Positions 20,915 to 30,000 of a DNA stretch of 64,000 bases are shown one piece after another. The stretch comes from a virus (Duplodnaviria; Caudoviricetes). Below the pieces are notes generated by a model. It had not been told where the DNA came from and did no database searches. It saw nothing but the letters and a program-made list of their open reading frames with translations. The stretch lies in the IMG/VR virus record IMGVR_UViG_3300028591_000118, positions 1-64,000 of that record; one strand, given 5' to 3'. The translations under genes were made by a program, and so were the position numbers. Positions within the stretch are counted from its first letter, which is position 1. The number at the start of each line of letters is the position of its first letter.

Positions 20915-21331
20915 ATGCTAGTTAAAACAAAGAATGGCTCATCAGTGGCTATCCCCGATAATGAAATAGATAGACTAGTTGAAAGTCTTGACATTTCTAT
21001 TGCTGATGCTATTGACCTTTACCTTGAAGACCATGGTATGCAGAAAAATGAAGAACAGGAAGAGTTAGACAAGAAAGCCAAGAAAGAAGGTTTTAAGTTG
21101 ACTAACTCAAGTGCAGACACAGACAAGCGCAAAAAAGGCGCACCTAGAACTGTTAATGTTTCAGATGAAAAAAAGGAACTTTTTGATAGTATTTTGTCAA
21201 ATTTGACTAGATGTGTGCCAGTTGAGGCTGAAAATATCACAGTTTTGAAAGAAAATAAACTAATTGAGGTCAAAATTGGTGAAAAAACTTTCAAAATTGA
21301 TGTCATTGAAAGCAGAAATAAAAAGAAATGA
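20915..21331 (+). CDS. Hypothetical protein (paralogue of 17623)
   Basis: RBS before MLVKTK. Confidence 0.65.
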   Translation: MLVKTKNGSSVAIPDNEIDRLVESLDISIADAIDLYLEDHGMQKNEEQEELDKKAKKEGFKLTNSSADTDKRKKGAPRTVNVSDEKKELFDSILSNLTRCVPVEAENITVLKENKLIEVKIGEKTFKIDVIESRNKKK

Positions 21332-21492
21332 TAATTTTTGTGCGAATTTTCACATTTTTTGTGAATTTTCGCACAATTTAACCCGCACGTGACATCCGCA
21401 CCGCGTATTTTATTAAAAAATTAAAAAAAATTTTCAAAAACTATTGACTTTCATTCATTCTTTTGTTATAATTATATACAGAAAGAGAGGTA

Positions 21493-21681
21493 ATGAAGAT
21501 GCCAACAGAACAAGAGATAAGAGAAAGAATAAATGATTTATCTGAAAAGTGGTATGATATAATCACAGAGTTATGTGCAAAAGCCTATGTAGATGGCTTT
21601 TCAGAGGGAGTTAAAAATGGACAAGAGGACAATGACCAAGAAAGCTTGGGTAGAATTGCAGAAAAGTCACAGAGTGACTAA
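21493..21681 (+). CDS. Hypothetical protein
   Basis: Promoter and RBS. Confidence 0.55.
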   Translation: MKMPTEQEIRERINDLSEKWYDIITELCAKAYVDGFSEGVKNGQEDNDQESLGRIAEKSQSD

Positions 21682-21761
21682 TCAAATGAATACAGGAACT
21701 AGGACAATGAAGTCCGCAAAATATCCTACAAGACAAGAGAGAAAGAAAGAGGCGGCAAATT

Positions 21762-22010
21762 ATGAATGAAAAGAAAATGCTTGAAATGAATATTGCAGGT
21801 GGGATGGATGCTTATGTGCGGGAAGTGATAGGTGATGATGACATCACTGACTATTGGAATATGTGCGGTGTACCGGATGCGTGTGATGAAGAGATGCTAG
21901 AAGAAATAATTGAAACACCTCTTTGTTTCAGAAATATCTGCGCCGCTTTTGCAAGGTGTTTAGATCTTGAAATAGAAAATGAATATTATGAAGATGATGG
22001 TAATTATTAA
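21762..22010 (+). CDS. Hypothetical acidic protein
   Basis: RBS; D/E-rich. Confidence 0.6.
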   Translation: MNEKKMLEMNIAGGMDAYVREVIGDDDITDYWNMCGVPDACDEEMLEEIIETPLCFRNICAAFARCLDLEIENEYYEDDGNY

Positions 22011-22476
22011 AGGCGGGACCCGCAATGCGGGTCTTGCACGTGGCACGCAATGCGTACACCGACGCCCGCGCAAAATTGTGCTATTAAAAATCAAAATGTT
22101 TTTATTGATTTTTATAAAAATATATATTATAATATATACATAAGATAAAGGAAATGAAAAACAGTTTGAGCAAATGGCGCTTTTCCTTGAACAGCCCGAA
22201 ATCGTATGTTTGGTTCAACAAATAAAAAATAAAAAAAGTTGTTGACATTTTCAAAATCTTATGATATAATAAATATAAAGTTAAGGGATTTGAGTTTGAC
22301 AAGGGGATTGGCAGAAACAGATCCTAGGCAGGAAACAGACACACTCTTATCCGCTCGAAATTGAAAAAAGTTGCAAATTTTTTCAAAAATCCCTTGACTT
22401 TATAAAAAAGAAATGATATAATAAATATATCAAAGGTAACCAATAAAAATTTTATTTAAAGAAAGAGGTGCTTATT

Positions 22477-22851
22477 ATGGCAGACGCAACAGTTAAGATG
22501 ACACAGAAGGATTTTTTCAATGAGATTATCGCACTCGCTACAGAGAATGGTAGAGAGGACATTGTAGAGTTCGCAAAGGGTAGAATTGCTATTCTTGAGA
22601 AGAAGAAGAGTTCTAGCAAGCCTAGTGCAAAGCAGGAAGAGAATGAGGTTATCAAGGCAGACATTATTGAGTGGCTTGCCGATAATGGTGGCGTAACTGT
22701 ATCTGATATGCTTAAGGTCGAGAAGTTTGCAGACTACTCTTCACAGAAGATGTCAGCACTCCTTAAGCAGTTGGTTGACGCTGGCAAGGTTGTTAAGACT
22801 ATGGACAAGAAGAGAGCACTCTTCTCAGTCGCCGAGGTAGTGGAAGAGTAA
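22477..22851 (+). CDS. Winged-helix-like DNA-binding protein (paralogue of 17002)
   Basis: YSSQKMSALLKQLVDAGKVVKTMDKKRALFS; same RBS context and related terminator as 17002. Confidence 0.65.
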   Translation: MADATVKMTQKDFFNEIIALATENGREDIVEFAKGRIAILEKKKSSSKPSAKQEENEVIKADIIEWLADNGGVTVSDMLKVEKFADYSSQKMSALLKQLVDAGKVVKTMDKKRALFSVAEVVEE

Positions 22852-23033
22852 TCTTCCACACCTAGTTCAAAGGGCAAGGTATGAAGACCTTGCCCTAATT
22901 TGTACCTTTCACTATACGCAATGCGTGTCACACGTGTAAATACGCAATGCGTATTCTCGCTAAAAAAATAAAAAAAGTGTTGACAAATAAAAATGAATAT
23001 GATATATTATATATAGAAAGAGAGGTAAATAAA

Positions 23034-23270
23034 ATGTTTAATGATTATGATGTGATTGAAATTAAGGTAAAGGATTTTGTTAATGAAGAATTAAGTGACG
23101 CATTAAAGTATAATACCCTTGAGGATGCTCGCAAGTGTCGCGCAATTGCGTATGGTGCGGTGCAGTTTGCAATCAATAATCTTTTTCCTTGTTATAATGA
23201 TGACCTTGCTAATTGGTGGGAAGATGAAGCATACCCTAAATTTACAGAAAAATTTGGAATGAGGTTTTAA
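23034..23270 (+). CDS. Hypothetical protein
   Basis: RBS before MFNDYD. Confidence 0.6.
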   Translation: MFNDYDVIEIKVKDFVNEELSDALKYNTLEDARKCRAIAYGAVQFAINNLFPCYNDDLANWWEDEAYPKFTEKFGMRF

Positions 23271-23272
23271 TT

Positions 23273-23500
23273 ATGATAAATGTATATATGAAAGATGATG
23301 ACTATATTTGCGAACTTTGGGGTGCAAGCACCAAGCACCCTGATAGTGTTTTCAAAATGTCACATTTCAAAATAAATGAATATGTAGATAAAAAGTATCA
23401 AGTATTTCAGTGGTTGCTTGAGTGTGCTAGTAAATTAAGTTGGCCATTCCACGCAAAAGAACTAACTGAATATGCTCTTAAACATTGGTATAATTGGTAA
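23273..23500 (+). CDS. Hypothetical protein
   Basis: GAGG RBS; operonic. Confidence 0.55.
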   Translation: MINVYMKDDDYICELWGASTKHPDSVFKMSHFKINEYVDKKYQVFQWLLECASKLSWPFHAKELTEYALKHWYNW

Positions 23501-23516
23501 AAGAAAGGAGAATAAT

Positions 23517-23729
23517 ATGTTTAAACATGAAATTGCAGTAGATAATTTTGCAGATGCTGAAACTTTGTTAGAAGTACTTATCAATAATGGTTATGTAGTA
23601 TTATTGAGCAAGGAAGAAAAATTATGGATAATAAATTATATCTGGTCAGAAAATAATGCTGATCGGAATGATGTTGTCTTTATGAGTAGGGAGGAATATG
23701 AAGATGAAATTTTCCGCGGGGATGAATAA
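23517..23729 (+). CDS. Hypothetical protein
   Basis: AGGAG RBS before MFKHEI. Confidence 0.6.
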   Translation: MFKHEIAVDNFADAETLLEVLINNGYVVLLSKEEKLWIINYIWSENNADRNDVVFMSREEYEDEIFRGDE

Positions 23730-23760
23730 TCTCCGCATTTTTTATGTGGGAATGGGTGAT

Positions 23761-23809
23761 GTTATGTAAACCGGCACGTAGGTTTACATAACTCTATGTT
23801 ATGTAAACC
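23761..23809. repeat. Three copies of GTTATGTAAACC (direct, inverted, direct)
   Basis: 23761-23772, 23781-23792 (inverted), 23798-23809. Confidence 0.8.
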
Positions 23810-24264
23810 TTTTTGGCGGCGCGCAGGCGAGCCAGGTCTCGCCGAGGAAAGCCGAATTCCACTCCCAACACACCATACGGCTTTTTTTGCTGGTTGTTTG
23901 ATCTTCGTCTCATAGCGCCCCGGATCCCGAAATGTTTGATCATAGGGCGGTGCGTATAGCGGCAGCAGGCCAGGTTAATTATCTCCGGAGAGCCTTTAGG
24001 CTTCCTGCCCTTGACTTTTAAAAAATTTTATGTTATAATATAAAAAAAACCTAAAATTCTTCCGCATCCTTCAAATTTAAGATCTTTTCTTCCAAATGAT
24101 AAAATATTCGTCCGACTATTTTTGATTGAACAAGAGAGGACAAGAAAGCTCTTCTCGTGGATGAAAATCAGTCTTTCCGCCACTCAATTTCCGCAGGCTT
24201 GAAAATTATAAAATTTTATGATATAATATATATATAAAATAAAGAAAGGAGAATATTTTTATAT

Positions 24265-24540
24265 ATGCCAACAAAAGAGAAGATGAGAGCCCTTAACAAG
24301 GCGCTGGACCAGCTCCTGGCTGACGGTTTTACTGTTAAGGACATAGCGGACGCCGCTGAGAAGCGCGACGGCCTTATTAAAGTTATGCTTGAGCAGAAGC
24401 GCAAGTCAGTAATAGATGCAGTAATAGAATACTTCAAGATAATTATGCCTAATCTGGATATAGAGCGGGAACCTGTCGCTAAGGAAGTAGAAGAGCAGCT
24501 AAAGTCATTCGAGGCTGCTATACGAGAATTTTTAGAATAG
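24265..24540 (+). CDS. Hypothetical protein
   Basis: Promoter and RBS. Confidence 0.6.
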   Translation: MPTKEKMRALNKALDQLLADGFTVKDIADAAEKRDGLIKVMLEQKRKSVIDAVIEYFKIIMPNLDIEREPVAKEVEEQLKSFEAAIREFLE

Positions 24541-24665
24541 TCAACAATAGAGAGAATAGAGGTGCGGGAAGTACCTCTATTTTAATATATAATTATATAA
24601 CGGGTGCGGGAAGGATAAGGATAAAATATAAGGGAAGATGGGATTGGTCCAGGTGCACCACAACT

Positions 24666-24714
24666 CACCCATTTACCCATTTACCTATTTACCTATTTAG
24701 CTCATTCACCCATT
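24666..24714 (+). repeat. Tandem 8-mer repeat (Y)ACC(Y)ATT
   Basis: cacccatt tacccatt tacctatt tacctatt tagctcatt cacccatt. Confidence 0.75.
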
Positions 24715-24803
24715 CCTCTGCCTACTATTTCTATCTCCTATTCATCCTAACCTACTTCTTTTATTATTCCATTCTCTAGCTTACTAATAAACCTAATAAT
24801 TTA

Positions 24804-25328
24804 TTATTTATTATCCCCCATTCCCGCATAATCCTTATATTTCATTAAATATATAGCTCTAACATCATTTAATTCTATTATCTTCTCATCAAATGCATTA
24901 TAAGTATAATATATATTTCCAATACAAATTCTAAATACATTATCTTCAATCTTCATAATTAAACTATTACTTCGTAAATCTCTATCTAATACCTCAACTC
25001 CAAGATCTTTTTTAATAGGCATATTCTTAAACATTTCTTCTTTTTGATAAAAATTTGCTTTACTAAAATCTCTTAACCAAGAAACAACATCAACAAAAGA
25101 AAGAGTAGCTAACTTATCTCTTATATCTTGCGGAAGACTGTTATACACACTTAATATATCATCATTATTATCTATTATAGATAAAAAATCAATAACATCT
25201 GCGGCAGAGGGGTTCTTTTCCATGTATTTATTTAATAATGCTTCTTTCATATTTATTTTTGACCTCCAAAAAAGAATTCTTTTTTCAAATCGAATTTCAA
25301 CATTTCTACCGAAACCTACCATCCCCAA
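24804..25328 (-). CDS. Hypothetical protein (start probably MKEALL at ~25250)
   Basis: GGAGG RBS upstream of the internal ATG. Confidence 0.55.
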   Translation of the reverse strand: MGMVGFGRNVEIRFEKRILFWRSKINMKEALLNKYMEKNPSAADVIDFLSIIDNNDDILSVYNSLPQDIRDKLATLSFVDVVSWLRDFSKANFYQKEEMFKNMPIKKDLGVEVLDRDLRSNSLIMKIEDNVFRICIGNIYYTYNAFDEKIIELNDVRAIYLMKYKDYAGMGDNK

Positions 25329-25388
25329 TTAACTTCATTATCCGGGGCCCCAATAAGGAGTACAGAGCGAAGCTCTGTGCTCCGCAAG

Positions 25389-25745
25389 TCTGTATATGAT
25401 TCTGTACTTTGTACAGAATCTGTACAGACAGATTTACTATTATATTAGTATCTGTCTGTATCTGTCTGTCTGTATTTCTGTACAGATCTGTATTTCTGTA
25501 TTTTTCTGTCTGTTTTTTCTATCTAAATCTGTACAGATTTTATTATTTTCTGTATAAAATCTTAAAATTCGAATATAGCTCCTTCTATTTTTTTCTGTAT
25601 AGATTCTGTCTTTAAATCTTTATCTTTCTGTATTTTCTGTACAGAATCTGTATTTTTCTGTACCTTCTGTACAGATTTTTCTTTTTTTTGTATAATATTT
25701 TCTGTACAGATTTGTACAGATTCTGTATTTTCTGTATTTTTCTGT
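25389..25745. repeat. Iteron-like TCTGTA/TCTGTACAGA repeat field, candidate replication origin
   Basis: Perfect palindrome TCTGTACAGA at 25419, 25477, 25528, 25636, 25666 and 25701 plus many TCTGTA/TCTGTC half-sites; overlaps the 3' end of 25562-26140. Confidence 0.75.
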
Positions 25746-26140
25746 TTAAGAATTTTACTTGCTTCAATCCATCCTTTATTAGAACTAAGACTTTTTGCTT
25801 TTTCAACTGGATAACCTAATATTTCACAAATTTCTTTTGCAGTATGCCCTTCTAGTCTTAAATCTCTAATTTGTTCAGCATCATACTTAATATTAGCCTG
25901 ACTTTCTTCTTTCTTGAAATTGCTTACTCTATCTATTTGTCCATATATATTAGCCATAGATCTATTTAAAGAAGTATATTCATTACCAAATACCTCTCCT
26001 ATATTTGTCATTTGACCAGTCCACCAATATTGACAAGCAGCATATAATATACATCCAACTTCAAGAGGACTTGTTTCCACATAAGGATCATCTATTATTT
26101 TATCAATCCAGTCTTTCATTATAATTGCTTTATCTGCCAT
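25562..26140 (-). CDS. HTH protein, candidate replication initiator/replisome organiser
   Basis: Helical N-domain, HTH (EGHTAKEICEILG) and a C-terminus encoded by the repeat field. Confidence 0.5.
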   Translation of the reverse strand: MADKAIIMKDWIDKIIDDPYVETSPLEVGCILYAACQYWWTGQMTNIGEVFGNEYTSLNRSMANIYGQIDRVSNFKKEESQANIKYDAEQIRDLRLEGHTAKEICEILGYPVEKAKSLSSNKGWIEASKILKQKNTENTESVQICTENIIQKKEKSVQKVQKNTDSVQKIQKDKDLKTESIQKKIEGAIFEF

Positions 26141-26363
26141 TTTTACTGCCCTCCATTAATCTCTGTAAGTCAGTTAAAAATGACTCAGTTTCTACAAAAT
26201 ACCAACAATACAACCAAGGCTTTTGCGGGTTCCGCTTATTAAAAGCTTCTATATGCCCCATTTCTTTTAATTTCATAGCAAAATCAAGCCTATAAACTAC
26301 ATGTAACTTAACATCATCTTTGAACTTTGAACTTGGAACTTCATTTTTAGTAATATTAGTCAT
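26130..26363 (-). CDS. Small hypothetical protein
   Basis: GGAGG RBS before MTNITK; operonic with the RHH and initiator-like genes. Confidence 0.6.
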   Translation of the reverse strand: MTNITKNEVPSSKFKDDVKLHVVYRLDFAMKLKEMGHIEAFNKRNPQKPWLYCWYFVETESFLTDLQRLMEGSKNGR

Positions 26364-26370
26364 AATCTTT

Positions 26371-26526
26371 TTAGTCCTCCTCTTTTTCACACTTTTCTAT
26401 ACAAGTGTCAAGATAATATTCAATCGCCTTCTTAATAATATAAGACAAAGATCTATCATCTTTTTTAGCAATTTCTTCTAACTTCTCTCTTATTTCATCT
26501 GAAAGTCTAAGTGAAAGCTGTGCCAT
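26371..26526 (-). CDS. Ribbon-helix-helix (CopG-like) regulator, not in the ORF track
   Basis: MAQLSLRLSDEIREKLEEIAKKDDRSLSYIIKKAIEYYL; GGAGG RBS. Confidence 0.8.
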   Translation of the reverse strand: MAQLSLRLSDEIREKLEEIAKKDDRSLSYIIKKAIEYYLDTCIEKCEKEED

Positions 26527-27033
26527 ATTACATTACCCTCCTTTGCATTTTATTTCTTTGCATTACATATTTAATATAAAAAATATAACACCTAAATTAT
26601 TAAGTGTTGACCAAAAAATTTTAAAAGGTGCGGGAAGGCTTGCTTTGAAGCGCCTCAATACCAGCTTTCCGCATATCTATATAAAGTCCAACAATAGGAC
26701 ATAATAAAATTAAAATCCCCTATATAAATATTATATCAAAAATTTTAATTCTTTTCGATCATATTCCGCTTTATCTTTCGCTTTTTTCGCGGGAATCCGC
26801 ATTTTTCGACAAATCAAAGAACCTTAAAAAACTGTCATTTTAACCCATTCCCGCACATTTTAATATCTTTATTGAATTTTATAAAAAATTATGATATAAT
26901 ATTACTATAAAGAAAGGAAAATAATTATGATTATGGAAGTATTAAGTGATATAAGTATTATCTTACTTATTGCCACAGTAATTATAGAAACTATTATGAA
27001 TGATAAAACAAATAAAATAATGGAGGGTATTAA

Positions 27034-30000
27034 ATGACTGATAATTGTAAAAATGACTTTGTTTTCGTAATAATATGGGCTATAATTATTATTATTCTAT
27101 TAGGTTGTTATGATAATAGAAAAAAAGAAAAAGAATTAAAATATACACAAGAATATTTAGAACAGAGTGAGTATAGCTGTTATCCATATTATGAAAAAAT
27201 ATATAAAGGAGAAGCTAAATGAGTATGTACGGTGATGATAAAAATGGTGGTGAGAAGAATGGCATGTATGATGAAATAAAATGGTTTCTTGAAAATCATT
27301 CTATATCTGAATTATTGGAAATAGTTGCAGATGTAATTAGATATGAGAGAGAATAAGGAGAAGTGGAATGTTAAAAATAAATAATCAATGTTATTGTGAA
27401 CGAGGAGGAGTATTACTTTCAAGTGTATTTGAATTTGAAACTATGGCAATTAATGCATTTAACAAATTAGACAAAATTAATACCATAATACACAATACGC
27501 AAGGAATACAAGAAGATGTTATCAGATATCAAATGATATGCGAGGTTATGAAGGATGACTAATCAAGAAGCAAAGGAAATACTAATAGACGAAAAGAATA
27601 ACTTAAAAGAAAATCCCAATGTAATAGTAGAACAATGCCTATATGACACTTTAGATACGTCGATTCGAGCTCTATTAGCATTAGACAAAGTAATAATCTA
27701 CTGTAAGCAATCATCAAGCGCAATATTACCCGAAGATATTTTAAGTCTTATAAGAGGCGAGAATGTTGAGATTGAAACAGATTATGAGTATAAGAAGTTT
27801 GAGCCTTGCTCCGATGCGATAAGTCGGCAAGCAGTGCTTAACCAAACATATCTTTGGAGTAAAGACGAGTTTTTAAGGATTACAAATCCATTTGATTATT
27901 TGCGTAAAAGAATCAATGATTTACCACCCGTCAATCCGCAAGAGCCAAAGACAGTGCTATATAGCGGGGACGGATATGCAGACGGATATATGGTCTATGA
28001 TATGGCAGAATGTCCAAATTGCGGTTATAAGTACGAAGATGGTGATAAGGATTGGGGATTGCCGTTCTGCCCAAATTGCGGTCAGAAATTGAATTGGGAA
28101 GGAGAAGCGGAATGAATAAGATAAAGCAGATAATGGAAGAGATAAATATAATATCAGACAAGCTTGCACCTTGTTCAATAATTGATTGTGCAACAGATGA
28201 AGAATGTTTAGTGATACCAGAAGAAAGTTTAAAGATAATTTTGGAAAAATACCTAAAAGAAGAAATCGAATGAGATGTAAATGTGGAGTAACAATGATAT
28301 GGAATAGCGATTATGTCAATGGGATTTTCATAAGTTGGTATAGTTGTCCTATGTGTGGGTATGATACACGAAATCAGCAATATATATGGAGTAATAAAAC
28401 ATTTGTGGAAGGAGAAACGGAATGACTAATGGAGATAAATTTTTAGAAGTATATCACAATCTATATGTATGTGTACTGTATCTTGACTTTAACTACATAC
28501 ACGTAAGGGATAGGAATGTCGAATATGATATAGACGATAATAAAACTTGTATGAAAATGCCGATAGATTGGTGGAATGCAGAATACGAGGCACTAGAGCA
28601 AGATTCAAAGACAGATACTTGGAGTATTAAAGATGTTGCTGATACTTTAGCAAAACACGGACTAATAGTTGAAAGTGAGGAAGCATGAAAGAACAATGGA
28701 TTGTCGAAGCTGAATAAAACGCAAAAGACTTGGCAGAGATACTATATGAGTAGATTATCGATGAAGCAGATGATATGTGTGTTGATAGACAGTGGTACTT
28801 TGAAAAAGTCCTTCAATATATGAGGGCAGAAAGTGAGGAATAATATGGAAGTCATTTGTGATAATACAGGTGTTCCTGGTGGATCTGAAACATGTAAATT
28901 ATGTGTATCACATGGTTGTGAAGGATATAAACAAGCAACAAAACAGGACATACATAAAAAAGATAAACATAAATCGTTGATAACAAGCATAAAACAGAAA
29001 AGCGAGGGATGAATGACAGTAAAACAGTTGATGCGGAAATTGAAATCCGTACCCGAAGATTATGAAGTAACAATATTCAATACAGATTCCCTTGTTAATG
29101 GCACATACAAGGTAGATGTAATAGAAATTGATGAGTTTGATAAACAAGTTGAAATATCATCGGAAAACAAATACTTATGGAATTGGGAAAAACAAAAGTG
29201 GGAAAAATAAAGCAGAAAGTGAGGATAAGTAAATTATGTTAATTAAATTTACTAAAGATTTCGCTAATAATTGGAAAGCAGGAGATATTGTAAAAGCTAA
29301 ATATCTCAAAAAAGGTGAACTAATTGTTGATGAGGTAGCTCAGGTTGATATCAAATTGTTATTAAAACATTGTAAAATCATTTCAGAAAGTGAGGAATGA
29401 ATGGAAGGATATAAACCTTTGACACCAAGTTTTAGAACAGAAATTGATGATGCTTTAGAACGACAAGTAGAGGAATTAAAGACCTGTGAGCCTAATGTGT
29501 TGGTCATGGTACAAATAAACGCATTGCAAGCATATAAGAGAATAATACACGAATTACCAGATGGCTACCCTATACCCATCAGAAAGAGAGGATAAGGAAT
29601 GATACAAATAGTAATCGGTAATATATCTTTTTATGCTGACTGATATATTACAAATCTAAAAGAGAAATCAATCCAGTTCTATCGAAAAAAGTCTGATTTA
29701 GATTATATTCCACCGATTAAGATTAAAGATAATATGTTATCGGACTTTGGAAAAGAGTTACTATTGGGAAAGAAGGAGGCAAGCAGGAATGAAATATATA
29801 GCAATTATTGATACAGATGATTATAAAGATTTTGAATTCTTTGAAGACGGTAATGGAAAATATATGGCTGTAAAGGATGCTGGTGCTACGGCAAATGGTG
29901 GATGGATACCACTATATTTTAAGGTACTAGAGCAAGAGCTAATACTTGATAAGCCACATATAAAAGGTGATTACTATGATGGTTTTAAGAATGGATTGAG

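Larger units (their letters stand above)
16688..22953 (+). promoter_or_regulatory. Dispersed composite box CACGTG-N(4-9)-GCAATGCGTA upstream of promoters (8 copies)
   Basis: CACGTG at 16688, 18102, 19271, 20135, 20807, 21386, 22037 and 22931, each followed by GCAATGCGTA or a close variant. Confidence 0.8.
10400..24060 (+). other. Early/host-takeover-like region: many small plus-strand genes, nearly all behind their own consensus SigA promoter and a shared GAAAGAGAGGTAA RBS
   Basis: Repeated TTGACA/TTGCAA-N17-TG-TATAAT-type promoters, frequent terminators, and short genes with few recognisable motifs. Confidence 0.75.

Noticed and set aside
10117-23854. CRISPR array or solitary CRISPR repeats in the early region
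   Set aside because: The recurring elements are neither identical nor evenly spaced, are separated by genes, and do not resemble CRISPR repeats I recognise; no cas genes are in the window.
25409-25806. ORFs 25409-25615 and 25612-25806
   Set aside because: By-products of the TCTGTA repeat field overlapping the real gene.
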